Positions 1 through 12,160 of a stretch of 64,000 bases of DNA are shown here, one piece after another (the stretch's first letter is position 1; every line of letters starts with the position of its first letter). The stretch is from assembly GCA_004431415.1 (NCBI GenBank), contig QPMI01000515.1:1-64000 (forward strand), written 5' to 3'. Source of the stretch: Cyanophora paradoxa CCMP329. Taxonomy: Eukaryota; Plantae; Glaucophyta. The notes under the pieces were generated by a model. That model saw only the letters and a list, made by a program, of their open reading frames with translations, did no database searches and was not told the origin of the DNA. The position numbers were made by a program, and so were the translations under genes.

Positions 1-1023
1 GCCGGTGCGAAGCCGCCCCGCGTCGCCGCGCCCCACCTCGCGCTCGAATCAACCTTGCCCAGGAGTATGCCGCCCCCGCCCCGCCAACCCGCACCGCCAA
101 GCCCCGGCCGCCGCTCCGAGCGCCAGGTCCGTCTCCATTGATCCCTCCCCCGGCATCTCCCTACCCCTCCAACGCTGGCCGCAGCGGCGCCGGCAGTTCA
201 AAAAGAGGCCCGCGCGGCGACGAGGGGGAGAAGCCGCCCCGAAAGCGATCCCCGCGGAAGGTACAAGGGCGAGCGCGGAGGCGGCGGAGATCGAACGCGA
301 CGCCCCGTCCACGCGTCCGCCCCGCGCCCGACCCGCGCTCGTTCGACTTTCCGATCCCGCCCGCATCGCGCAGGCCGGCGGCGAGCGCGGCGTCGGGCCG
401 GCGTCTGCGGCCAGCCAAGGCTCGCCGGCGGCATCGCCCCGTGGCGCGCCTGCCGGCAGCGACTCCCAGTGCGTCGCCCGCGTGCACGCCCCGCCCCCCG
501 TTCCGCCCCGGCCCGCCCCGCCCCGCCCGCCCCGCCTCCGCCCCGCCCCGCCCCGGCCCGGCCCACCCCAGGCCCCGCCCTGCCCCTCCCCGCCCCGCCC
601 GCCCCTCACGAGCCGGCGCGCACGCACAGGGCCCAAGACGCGGCTGCCGACCCCCAGCCCAAAGAGGGTGCGCCCTTTCCCCACCACCCCCGCCCCGCCA
701 CAGTTTACAACAGGACCGACGCAGATGCCGGCGATCGCGGGGGCGCCCCGGGTCCGTCCGGCACCATGGTGCACTCGCTTGGCGTGCATTTTTGGCGTAG
801 ACGACAGCCGCGTGCTTACGCCAGCACCGCGCAGGTCCTCGTGGACCAAGAAGAGAAAAATATGCTCGAGCGGTTCAGGAAAGAGAAGGAGGACAAGCTG
901 CGCGCGGAGGCCCGCGCCGGGAAGCCAAAGGACCCGACCGGCTCGGCCCAGCAAGCCTCGGGCGTCAATGCAGCCGCGCCGTCCGAGCTAGAGTCGGTGG
1001 AGAACGCCCCCGACGACGCGTAG
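1..1023 (+). CDS. 3' exons of an intron-containing gene of unknown function (starts left of the window)
   Basis: GT..CAG-bounded C-rich introns separate coding-like segments; the last exon reads VLVDQEEKNMLERFRKEKEDKLRAEARAG...PDDA* (TAG 1021-1023). Confidence 0.4.
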
Positions 1024-4000
1024 GCGGCGCCCGCGCTTGCACGCCCTCTAGGCTTCGATTTTAGGATCCTGAGAATTCAGCCCCGTGCCGCCCGCTCGGA
1101 AACCCCGTCGAAAGCCGCCCGCCCGCTTGCCGCGGCGCGATCCATTGCATGATCACACCACCGCTCGCTAGATGGAGGGGATGGATGGACTGCCCGGGCC
1201 GTCCTCTAGATCCCCACGGCGCCTGTCTCGCCCGGGGCGCGCGCCGCGACGGCCGCCTTCATACCGATCGTCGCCCCGAGGGCGGGCTGCGCGGAGCGTG
1301 GGTCGTTGCGGGGCAGGCGGGGCGGAGAGACTCGCGCGGACCTTGATCGCGGCGGGCACGGATGAACGGCCGCGCCGGGAGGGCCGCGACGCGGGCGGGC
1401 TGCGTCTTCCCGGGCCTCTACGCATCCGGAATAGGCTCTAGCTCGCGTGCGCGCCGCGCAAGCCTGCCGGAGACGAGTTGGTGGGGCGGGCGTGTGAGGA
1501 ACGGGCGGGGCCCCGCGCACCGTCTGCAAAGGCGCGGCCGGGGTGGACCGGCGGTCGACGAGGGGATGCGCAGGGGGTTCTAGGATGCCCTGGAGCGCAA
1601 CGGGATCGTCAGGGCGACCGCCGCGGGCTCGCGCAGCCGAGGGAGACGCGAACCAAAGGTGGACCCGCGGGCCGCCGCGCGTCCTCCGCACTCCTGATCG
1701 TCCGAGGAAAGAATCTTTCTCGCTCCGAAGAGGCGCGGGGCCGAGGGAGGGGCTAGCTACAGCGCCGCACCGCACCGCGAGCGGCCGCTCGCCGCGCCGC
1801 GTCGGGGCGAGCGGCCGGGGCGATCAGCACCCGTGGAGGCACGAAAGAAGCCGCAGGAAGCGTGCAGGGACGGCCGGGCGGGCGACGGGCGCGATGCGAG
1901 GAGGCGCGGGGCCGGGCTCGCCGGATTCGTCGGCTTCGTCGCCAGCTAGAGGATTGAGAGGCTCCATGTCCTCGGAGCGCGGTCGGCGAGGTCGGGAGCG
2001 GCTCGCCTGCGATCCGCCGGCTCGGATTGCGGCCCGAGGCGATGGGAGGGACTCTACGCACCCTCAAACTCCCTCTGACAATGCCTGAACGCTGCTAGCC
2101 GGCGAGCGTGCGACCTTGAAAGGCCTCGTTTGCCGACGTTTGGCGCACCGGGGGTACCACGTATTCCATTTCTCACCGGCAGGACCCGCCGCGGCGGCGC
2201 GCCTACCGATTCGGCCGTCGGCATGCTCTCGCACGCGATCCACCGCACGCTTCGCCGCTAGCTAGCCGCCTGCGATCGCAGGTTTGCGCCCGCCACACCA
2301 TCCCGTTCGATCGCTGCCGCAATCGACCGTGCGATCCACGGTCGCTTGGATCGGTGCGGACCTGCTCGGGGACACGGATTCCCCGCCGCCTCGCGCTTGT
2401 ATTGCCCCACGTGCACGCAGCCTCGCGGCGGTTCACGACGAGCCGACGGGGCGGAGCGCCAGGCGTACGATTGGACATCGTCTAGACGGCGGACGCGGCA
2501 CGGTGCGAGGCGCCGCCTCGTGGGCGCTCGCTCGACGCCTTCCTGACTCGCGGCCGCGCTCGCACCGGCCCGGCCGGCGCGTGCGCAGATCGCCCGCCGT
2601 CGCGCCGGACAGCAAAGGCCGCCCGCGCGCCGCCGAACCGCCCCGCCGCTCCCTCGTCCCAGGCGCTGCAAGGAGCCCTCGCCCGGCCCGCCCCGCCCGC
2701 GCCCCTCTGCCCGCTGGAAGGTGCGAACGCTTACTCTTTCGCATTCGACGCGACCTGAAGGGGCCGGTTTCCTGCACGCGCAGGTCTGCCGCCGCGGCCC
2801 GCTTCCGCGCTTCGCGCGGGCCGGCGGGGGAGGACGACAAACGACGGGCGGATCGCACGGGCGGGGGCGCGTCGATGGGCACCGGCGGCGGGGCGCGGGG
2901 TGGGCGGGCGCGGGCGTCCGTCGGCCTCCATCTGCCCACCAGCGCCGTCGTCGTCGGCGCGGCGCGGACCGGTTCGAGCTCTTCTATGCGTCCCGCGCCG
3001 TCCTCCTCACGCCCTCGCCTCAGGTTCTTGGCGGGCGGCGCGGCGGCGGCCGGTGGCGCTCCCGCGCCCTCCCGGCGGGTGCCGCCGGCGGGGCTCGCGG
3101 GCGGCCGCCCGAGCCGCTGCATGACCTCCTCGGCAGACGTCGTCACGTCGATCGCCCCGTTCGTCGCGCGGTACTCGACGGGCACCGCCGCGCGCGGGTA
3201 GGTGTAATCGTCCGGCCCGCCCTCGTTCGAGGCGTCCAGAGCGTGCCGAACCTGCGCAGAACGACGAGGCGGTTCTCCTGCTGGCCGAGGCGAGCCCCAC
3301 CGTCGCCGTGAGCCTCGCAAGACCGTCGTGGGTAAGAGGTCGCCCCGCGAGTCACCATCGCCGCCACGACGCTCCGCGCAGGCATGGGGTCGGCGTGATC
3401 AGGCGTATGTGCCAGGGGGCCGGCGGAGGCGCCATCTCCTCCCGCTCGCGCGGGCGCCGGCGGCCGGCGGCCGCGCGGGGGCGACCCCGCTTCGGAGCCT
3501 CGTCCAACCCTCGCCCTCGTCTTCCGCCGGCGGGTCCGGACCGCCACGTCCGCCCGCGCGGCCGCGCTCGCGGCGCGGGGCCTTGGCGTCGGATCCTCCT
3601 CCTCCTCTCCTCCTCATCCTCCTCGTCGTCGTGTCGCTCCGACCGCGCGCCTTGGGCGTGCGCGGCGAGCAACGATGGCGGGAGATGCCTCTGGGGTCCC
3701 GAAGATGCGTCGGCACTCGGGACACCAGCGCCCCTCGGCGCGGCGAGCTCGCGCTCGACGCGCAGGCCCTCCTTCAGCTCTCCGAGCTCCCGCCGTCCTC
3801 GCTCTCCGAGCTCCCGCCTCCTCCCGTCGTCCGAGGCGGCGGCGGCGGCGGCGCCGGCGGCGGCGCCGGGCTCGCCTTCCCCTCCTCCCCGTCCCGTCGA
3901 CGAAGACGCCCCTCCGGCCTCGAGCGCGGCAACCGTCGGCTTCTCGAGTTCGCGGCGGCGCGCTCGAGCCAGGCCAGCGCCACGCACGCCTCTTGCCGGT

Positions 4001-4036
4001 GAGCGCGCGGGGCGGGGTGCGGGCGGGGGCGGCGCA

Positions 4037-7000
4037 CCTCGCGCTGCGTCTTATTGCATCGTAGTGCATCGTCGCCGTCCGCGGGTGTGCTGGGGAGGCG
4101 CGCCGTCCCTCGATGATGCTGGTGCAGACGTCGCCCTCGATCCGCCCCTGGGCCGCTGATCGCGCACCAGGTCGTCACGACGGCGCGCATCGTCCGCGGC
4201 GGCACGGCGACGCCCGTCCAGCGGCTCATGGCCTGCGCCGGGTGAGCCCGCCCCGCGCCGGCGGCGCGCTCGCCTCACCTGTTTCGCGAACAGGGTCCAG
4301 GACCCGCGGCGAAACGCATCGCCGCGGAGGTGAAGAGATGTACCCCTGGTCCTTGGCGCCTCGCTCAACAGGTGACGCCGGAAGCTCTCACGTACTCTGT
4401 TAGCGGCTCCTGACGCGCCGCGGCAGCGGTCGACGGAGCGCGCGCGGGGCGGGCGGGCGCGCACCTGGAGCTGCTGGGCGACGGGACGATCACGGCGCCG
4501 TGCCGCTTCTGCGGATGGGGCGTCGGCGGCGCGCGTCCCGGCGCGGCGCGGCGGGAGGCCCCGCACCGCCGTCTTGTGGGTGAGCGCGCCTCCTCGGAGC
4601 CGTCCTGGATCCGCATGCTCAGGATCGACATGTTCCACCGACCGTTGTCTTGCGCAGCGTCTCGCCGATCTTCAGGTGCTGGAGGAGGCCGGCGCGCCGG
4701 GCTGATCGAAAGGAACCAAGCAAGAGAGATTCCCTCAGGTACTTCGCCTTTTGCCGCGGCCGCTCCTCGGAGCGAAACGCGGCGTAGGCCTCGACGCGCC
4801 CGCGAACGACGTCCTCGAAGCGGACCCACGTTTTCTCGTTCTCCACTTCCGTTCCGCCTTGGACTCGGCGACGAGCTGGTTCTGAGGGTGCGCGCGGCGC
4901 GTCGGCGCGCCCCGGGGGCGGCGGCGCGGGCGGGAGGGAAGCTCACCCGCAGGTTGCGCAGGGCCTGACCGTGCGGGCCCTCGCTCCCCGCCGGCGCGCC
5001 GCCCGTCCCGCGACAAAGGCGGCGAGGTTGATGAGGGTGGAGGCGTAGCTCACGAGCGTCCCGGGCAGCGTGCCCGCTCCTCGCGCAGGAACCTGCCGCG
5101 GCGTTTGGTAAACGCCCCCCGCACCCCCCCTCCACCGCGCCCGCCGCCCCGCCTCACTTGAAGAAACGAAGCACGATTTCGACCGCGTCGACCCGGCTCA
5201 TCAGATCGAGGGTGAGCTCGCCTCCAGCCCTCGCGCATGCGGACGTAGCCAGCAGCCGCTGAATGATGCCAGGTCGTTCGCCAGGCTCGAGTTTTCGACG
5301 GCGTTGCCCTTGCGCGAGGCGTTCAACGGTGCCTGTCTCCACTCCCGATAGGCCGCGAGCTGCAGTTTCAGGGCCCGACTAAACGCGCCCTCGTGCAGGG
5401 CGTACGGCTGCCGCGCCTCGCCGGCCGGGGGCGAGCCGTCGGGCGACGGCGAGCGCGACGGGCGCCGGCGGCGAGCCGACGGCGGGCGAGGCGGCGCGGT
5501 CGATGGGCGTGAGCGGGCGCGCGTCGCCGTCGCTGCCGCCCTCGTCGCCCTCGGCCTCGCTCTCGGACGACGACGAGCTCGCGGACGAGGACGAGGGGTC
5601 CCCCGGCGCCGCCGGGCCCGCGGCCTCGATGGCGCCCGCCCCCGGCGGCGCGCGGCTCGATGCGGGGAGCGCGACGGCCCAGCTGTCGACGTCCTCGTCG
5701 ATCTCGAACAGGCGGAGATCGCTGGTGTCGACGATGGCGCTCTCCAGCAAGGACCGGTACGCCTCTCGCCTGCGGGGGGCGGGGTTCGGCGTGGTGGGGG
5801 CGGGGCGGGGGCGGGAGGGCCGAATAGAGGCACCTCCGTGCGATGAAGCGCGTGTTTTTAGCGCGAGCTCGCTCGTAAACGCCTCACCAGACTTTAGGAA
5901 TCCGATGGAGCCGTCGTTCAGGTACTCTTCCCACGAGTACTGCGTCGCCGCCTCCAGCGCGAGGCTCTCGGCGAACCACAGCGCCCATATCCCTGGTGCG
6001 CGCGGTTCGCGGCGCGTGCGCGCGCGCGGGCGAGGGCGCCGGCCTTACCGCAGGAGTGACCGTCGTTTGCAGGCGATCGGGAAGCTCCGTGACCCACGTA
6101 AACGACGGCAAGGCCTTGCTCGCCGCCCGCCTCAACCTCGGATCCGGCGGCGCGCCGAGCGAGTCAAGTACCTGCACCGCCTGCGGGGACGCGGTGCGCG
6201 CGGTCGTGGGAGGGGCGGGGGATGGGCGGCGCGTATACCGGCTCGCGCCGTCGAGGGCGAGCGTGACCAGTGGCCGCGCGTCGTCCACGTCCTCTGCGCG
6301 CCGCCCTGCCCCCCGCCGGTGCAGCCAAAGCACAGAACGAGCCCGCCGTTTGCCGCGTGCCATAGCGCCCGCTTTCGGCGCCTCTCGTCGCTCATCTTGG
6401 CGTATCGCCGCAGGATCGAGACGATGGTGTCGAGGCTGGCGGGTACAGGGCCTTGGCGCTCGCGTTGGGCTTCATGCGGTGCAGCAGGAGGGTCATCACG
6501 TTTGCGAGCATCGTATCCTACGCGCGCCCGGGGTGAGTGCGGCGCCGGAGGGGGGGGGGGGGGGGGGCGGGAGGGGGTACCGTTAGCCACTCCCTCTTGG
6601 AGAAGATCGCCAGGCGCCGCGCCGGGCGGGGCTCGGGCACCATCAAATCGATCTCCGCAGGATCGTGGCCTCGGATGGCGAGCGAGGCCCTCTTGAACGC
6701 GAGGCCGAACGCGGGATCCCGGCCCGGAAGCTTGGCCAGGAGCTGCTCCGCCCCCTCGAGGCTCAGGAAGGACCACTTGCGAGCCGACCCCAGGTTCTCC
6801 TGCCCCGCCTCGCCGGAGAGCGCGAGGAAGCTGACCAGCGTTCTCGCCAGGGTGGCAAAGTGGGGGCGCCCGAGCGTCTTCGTCGTCGCGAGCCAGCGGT
6901 GCGGGCTGTTCTCTCCGAGGCTCGGGTGGCTCCTCGCGATCTCACGCCGCACGCTGGCCGTGTCCTTTGGGCCGCGTAGATGCACTGGCGATGCTGGCGA

Positions 7001-7527
7001 GCGGGATGTACCAGGGCGAGACCTCCGGAACTTCGAGCCGGCGGACCTTCAGAGCGAAGAACCTCGCCCGTCTACGTGAGCACCTTGACGTCGCACCGCT
7101 CGAACGTCTCCTGCGTCCGCCGCTCGATCGCGAGGTGAGGTCCCGTAGCAGTGCCGCAGCCGCGGGCTGTCCGACCCCTCCCAGCAGATCGACGCCAGCT
7201 CCTCGACGTGCTGGAGGGAGAGGACGCGCGGCGGGCTCTCGGTCGGGTGCAGCTGGCCCCGCGGCACGATCGCGAGCATCTCCCAGAGGAGGATGAGGCT
7301 CTCCGTCTGCGGGCCGGCGATCGGCCTCGACGCGAGGCCGTGCGGTCCGGTGAGCTGCCTCGCCGCCTCTTCCGCCGCCTCGGCGGGTCCGTTGCCGAAT
7401 ATGCGCTGAACCTGGGGCAGGGCGGCCGCGGGCCCGGCGTCGGTGCGGAACACGTGGAGGCGCTCGGGCCCGGCGTAGGCGTCGAACGAGACACCTCCCA
7501 CGAGTCGCGCGCAAACGCGAGCGACAT
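4037..7527 (-). CDS. Intron-containing tyrosine recombinase-like gene (several single-base frameshifts in this assembly; further 3' exons may extend to ~1,440)
   Basis: Stitched exons give a core-binding-like region (QLAAYREWRQAPLNASRKGNAV...LTLDL...FLREER...GTLVSYASTLINL...QALRNLRNQ), then YR catalytic motifs in the right order: LLL.FLSISP.R(AG)LLQHLKIGETL (Arg ~4693), THKTA (Lys ~4574), GSWTLFAKQ, WTGVAVPPRTMR (xxxR ~4186), QHT...TMHYD (His, Tyr ~4061). The start at ATG 7527 is tentative. Confidence 0.62.
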
Positions 7528-7659
7528 GGCGCCGCTGCGCCCGCGGCCTGCGCGCGCCTCGATAGCAAGGGCCTGCGCGCTCCGATTATGCGTTGAAAGA
7601 GGACGCGGGAGCTTGCGGGTTAGGGCGGGTGCGCGTGGGCGGGGGAACGAGCGACTGTA

Positions 7660-7745
7660 AAAAAAAAATGGGACGGCGTAAACGGGGGGGGTACGTTTGG
7701 TCCCCGTAAACGCCGATCCGGCCACTCGGATTCCCGTAAACCGTG
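7660..7745. promoter_or_regulatory. Candidate bidirectional promoter between the YR-like and TET/JBP genes, with 3x CGTAAAC
   Basis: The less GC-rich intergenic segment carries CGTAAAC at 7677, 7705 and 7735 (spacing 28 and 30 bp), next to a poly-A run. Confidence 0.3.
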
Positions 7746-7992
7746 TCGAGACGATAGCTTACACGCAGCTGCGGTAGTTTGCTTGGCCAGCAATCCGCAC
7801 ACAAGCTCGGTTCTCGGGTACCTCTATCGGCGGGCGTGGTCGCGCCCGCTTCGGGAACTTGCACTTTCCGATCGATTCCGACACCGCCGGGCGTGTCCAA
7901 AGTCTCCGGTAAGCATTTCGACCCTTTCGGACGTCGTCTGCGGCTAACGGTCGCCGCGGCGGCCGCCCGTTGCAGGCGTCGCCTCGGCGGGC

Positions 7993-10293
7993 ATGGCGGG
8001 AGGCTCGCTGAAGAGAGCGCGCGATCGAGAAGGTGATCGCAGCGACCTCGGCGATGTCAGCGGGCCCGCGGCCGCGCCCGAGGCGCCCGTTCCCATCTGG
8101 ATGGCGTCGGCGGCGTCCCGCGCGTCGAGAAAGGCGCGCGCCGCGCAGCGCGGACGCATGATGAACATCTCGCTCGCCGCGGGTGCGGGGGGAGGGTCGG
8201 CCCCGGCGGAGCGCGGCGGCGGCGGCGGCGGCCTCGTCTGGATGAACCGGAAGAGGGAGCTCCAGGCGTCCGGCCTGGCGCTCGGCGGCGCCGCCGCGTC
8301 AAAGACGCCCGCGCCCGGCGGGCCCGTGTACTCGAAGAGTCTGCTCCCCGCACTTTCCCCTCCGCCCCTCCCAACGGGGATCCCCCGCAGGCCCCTACAA
8401 ACGCGCCGAGCTGGTCGCGACGAGACGATACGGCTATCGATCCTTCGGCCCCGTCCGGTGGCGGGACCAGGTCCTGTACGTGCGTCCCCGGGGTCGCGGG
8501 GGGCTCCCGCCGCGCGCCCCGACGGCCGCCCCCCGCAGCTCCCTTTCGGCGTCGTCCCCGAGGGCATGACGGGGCCGCCGGAACGGATGGAGGAGCACTT
8601 TGGCTCGGAGCTGGGGCTGAGCCCACCGCCCGTCGACCTGCTCGCCCTGCGCGCGATCGAGGGGGCCTTTCTCGGGCGTCCGCACGGCCCGCCGCACGCC
8701 TCGGCGCTGGCGTCGTGGGCCGTATCTCCCGAGCGGCGCGTCGCGCTGCCCTGCAATCTCCTCGGGGGCGGCGTCGACTCGCGCTTCATCCGGCAGCAGC
8801 GGGCCGAGGTACGGCGCCCCCTCCCCCCGCGCCCCGCCCGCGCCTCACGCGCCCGCAGGGCAAGTTTGCCGCCTACGTCGCGCCGCTCCCGCCGGGCTGC
8901 TCCAAGGAGGACGAGGCGCGGCACGACTACGTCTTGGACCGCGGGGCGCAGACGTGCATCTCCCTGGGCGGCGCCCTCGCCGCCGTCCACCTCCCCGGCC
9001 TCTTCCGCGAGGGCGCCGGGATCGAGCGGGTCGCCGCCGCCGTCGCCTGCGCCTCCACGGCCTTTACGTTTTCCATCCGCCGCAGCATCATGTACAACGA
9101 AGCCCGGGTGCGGCCCGGCCCGCCCCGCCCCGCCCCCCGCGCGCGCCCCGGGCTCTGACGGGGCCCGCCGCGCAGGACCAGAAGCTGCTGGACGAGGCGC
9201 GCGAGGCGGCCGAGGCGGCGCTGCGGACGGGGCGGCTCGACGTGATGCGGGAGATTCTCGCCAAGCGGCCGAAGAGGAGGCCTCGGGCCGCCGCGACCGC
9301 GCGGCCGCGCCGGGGCAAGAAGAAGAAGAAGAAGGAGCACGAGCGCGGCCCGAGGATCGTCACCGGCGTCCAGCGGGGCCAGGGCGCGACCGTCCCGATC
9401 CCGGTCCGCGGCCCCCGCCCCCACCCCCCCGCCCGAACGCGCGCGGGACGCGGGGCGAGCCGACCCGCCCTTTCCCAGATCTCCCTGAACCCGCAGTACG
9501 GCGCGGACACGAACGCGAACCGGCGGCTGCACCTCCTCAACGGCCACCTCGTCGGCGTGCTCGAGTACCTGTTCCCGGCCCTCTGCGCCATCGACGTCAA
9601 GGCCGGTTGCGACATGGCGGAGATCGCCCTGAAGGTCCTCGAACGGCACCCGTACAGCTACGGTCCGCGAGCGCGTGTGCGCCGGCCCCCGGGCCCGCTC
9701 GTGCCCGACGCGCGGGTCGCGGGCGCGCAGGAACCTGGACGATGCACTGGATGAACCCGCCGGAAACGTGAGCTGCCGTTTACCCCTCGCTCCCTTTCCC
9801 GCCCTCGTTGATGCCGACGGCCCTCTAGGATATCAAAGGGCCACCGGGACCGCAGCGACGCGCAGGAAGCCTACGCCGCCCTCGTCTACTTTCACCCCGA
9901 GGGCAAGCGGGACCGGCCCCTGCACCGGCTCCGCTTTCCGGCCCTCGGCATCTCGCTCGACCTAAGGCACGGCGACGTCGTCTTTATTCGAGTGCGCGCC
10001 CTCTATCCTATCCCCCCCCCCTCCATGCCTGCCGATCGACGGCGCCCCCGTCGACGCCGCGGCCGCCAGGGGCACATGCTGGAGCACGAGGTGGTGGCGA
10101 GCGAGGGCACGGATGCGAGGTTCGCGGGCGTCCCCTCCGCCGGCGCCGGCCCCGGCCCGATTCCGCGCCCCCCTCGCGCAGGTACTGCATCGTCTTCACG
10201 CTGGGAAAGAACCTGAAAGTAGACGCCGATTCCGGGTCGAGCAGCGACTCTTCTACGTCCTCAGATAGCGACTCTTCGAGCTCGGAAGACTAG
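7993..10293 (+). CDS. TET/JBP-family 2OG-Fe(II) dioxygenase, 8 exons, ~612 aa
   Basis: Exons 7993-8808, 8859-9107, 9176-9403, 9479-9662, 9731-9767, 9829-9991, 10070-10119 and 10182-10293 join through GT-AG introns with no frameshift. The C-terminal domain GTWTMHWMN..ISKGHRDRSD...LRFPALGISLDLRHGDVVFIRGHMLEHEV...RYCIVF contains HxD, the distal His and the 2OG-binding Arg, with JBP/TET-like spacing. A poly-Lys NLS-like tract is present. Confidence 0.78.
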
Positions 10294-10574
10294 CGATAAC
10301 GTAGGGCGAGCCGCCGTGATGGGAGGGGGGGCCGGGGGGCCGGGATCGAATCGTGATGGGAGCGGGCGGGCGGCCGGCGGCCGACGCGCGTGAGCTCGGG
10401 CGCGCGTTGAGGTTATGCGGCGCGCGCGGGGCGGTCCGGCGCCGCCGGGAATGGAGGGGGCCGGGGGGCGGGGGCCGGGGGCGGGGGCCGGGGCCGAACG
10501 TTTAGAAGAGGGTCCTGGCTAGGAACTAAAAATCAGGTGGGTGTGGTACGGGCCTGTGCGTGCATTTGCTGCAT

Positions 10575-11699
10575 CTAGTTCCGTGCGAGCGGCCCCGGGA
10601 TATCCCATTTTAATTGCCCCTGGACTGGTATGGAGTATGTTTCATGATTTACTTTCAATAATCTTGAAAGGGACATGATTGTAATATAATGACCATTCCC
10701 TTCATCATCAAATATCAGCATGAGATTAACCTTATGCTTTCTGCCTGGGTTACTGGATTGATGCAGGGGATAAATAACCTCTCCATCGATTCCAAATATA
10801 TTAATGCTAATGCCTGCATTTTGAGCCTCGAATTTATCAATAATCTCAGCATCACAGGCAACAGGGAATGGGATGTTATCGAAATTCAGAGCCAGCGGAT
10901 TATAAGCGATTGCTGAGTATTTCCATTTGCGATATTGTGAAAGCTCATTCCTCTTATGGGAGTTTATCGCTTTTCTGTGAATATATGCCAAAATTGCATT
11001 TTCGAAGCAGGAATCATCTATATTTCGAATATTCACTGTGGCTCTCTTCCTAGCAATCCACTCTGGGGTTTGTAGAAAGCATCCACCAGTTGGAGCATAA
11101 CTCATAATAGCCACTCTGAGTATTTCGATTCTTTCCAAGCGATAGCTATCAACCACATTCATCTGCTCTTGACACATTTGGGCTGCTTTATTCAGCTCAG
11201 TTCGAATATTTCTCGACCTGGTTAATACAAAATAATCACTGTAAATGTATTTCGATATCCAAACCTGTGGATTGCTCACTTTTACGAACTTGCAGATAAA
11301 AGACAAGCGAACCTTGATTGCCCTGAATTGATCTAAACCCTGCTTTAATCGATTAGGAAGGGATGTAGCAATTCTGTCCAGGAATTCAATCACATCTACA
11401 ACAACTTCCCTTCTGGCTCTGTAAGTGAGCCAGCGATATAATTCATTCATGGCTGTTCCATCTTCTGCATCTGGTTCTATTTGCCTAAGCCTATCCAATT
11501 CATCCAAGGTTTCAATTTTATCATATAGGTTATTTGCTTTTCTGGTTAATCTGCTTAAAGTGGGTCTGCCCTTTGCAATTAAATCTATTTCCCGGTCATA
11601 TTCAGCCTCTGTAATTTCATGGGCTGCATAAAGTGTTCCCAGCAATCCCATGAGTTCCCATTTCTTCTCCCTTATGAGTTTGTTGGTAATTCGGGGCAT
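10575..11699 (-). pseudogene. N-terminal (vOTU-like/terminal protein) region of a Polinton-type protein-primed PolB, truncated at ~10,632
   Basis: Motifs YAPTGGCFLQTPEWI..KRATVNIRNIDDSCF, LNFDNIPFP, IDKFEAQN..ISINIF, IYPL, VNLMLI..GHYITIMSLSRLL. No exonuclease or polymerase motifs follow, and the last residues derive from the GC-richer flank. Confidence 0.75.
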
Positions 11700-11759
11700 T
11701 ATTCCTAACTTGTTCCTATTCTAAGGGGATATTTTATTTTAGGATGTTCTAAACGCAAT

Positions 11760-12110
11760 TTAAAATGTTTTAATGGATCCACTGGCTTCCTCTGAATGGA
11801 ATCGCAAAAACCTATTAATCCTAAATCGGGATTTCGGTTTTTGTAAATTGACTATCCAAGGTTCAAAGAGATACATGTAATATGCTTCTCTGTTCATTAG
11901 GTCTTCATGCCCACCCTTCTTACTTGAATACAGGACTGAGAACTTCACATCAGAAGCCTTGCATAGGTCTGCTGTAGATGGCATTTGACCTGATTTGTGT
12001 TGTCTCCATCTTTTTTGAAGTGGCTGTGAGGTTCTTCCTATGTAGACTTTGTTCATTTCCTGACTCTCAATCATATAGATCGATCCAGAATCATGATCTG
12101 TTCCAGCCAT
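11760..12110 (-). CDS. GIY-YIG endonuclease
   Basis: SIYMIES...VYIGRT...KRWRQH...NREAYY...N motif set. Confidence 0.85.
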   Translation of the reverse strand: MAGTDHDSGSIYMIESQEMNKVYIGRTSQPLQKRWRQHKSGQMPSTADLCKASDVKFSVLYSSKKGGHEDLMNREAYYMYLFEPWIVNLQKPKSRFRINRFLRFHSEEASGSIKTF

Positions 12111-12160
12111 TTCTTACTAGTTACATATAAATATATTTTTCTATCTCTTAAATCATTTTT

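Noticed and set aside
1-10500. Many long overlapping Arg/Pro/Gly/Ala-rich ORFs in the six-frame track
   Set aside because: Artefacts of very high GC content; the real genes are spliced and only partly coincide with these ORFs.
10600-10640. Junction TA+CTCCATACCAGTCC resembling a Stowaway/mariner TIR
   Set aside because: The resemblance is loose, and neither a partner TIR nor a DDE transposase is in the window; kept only as a junction.
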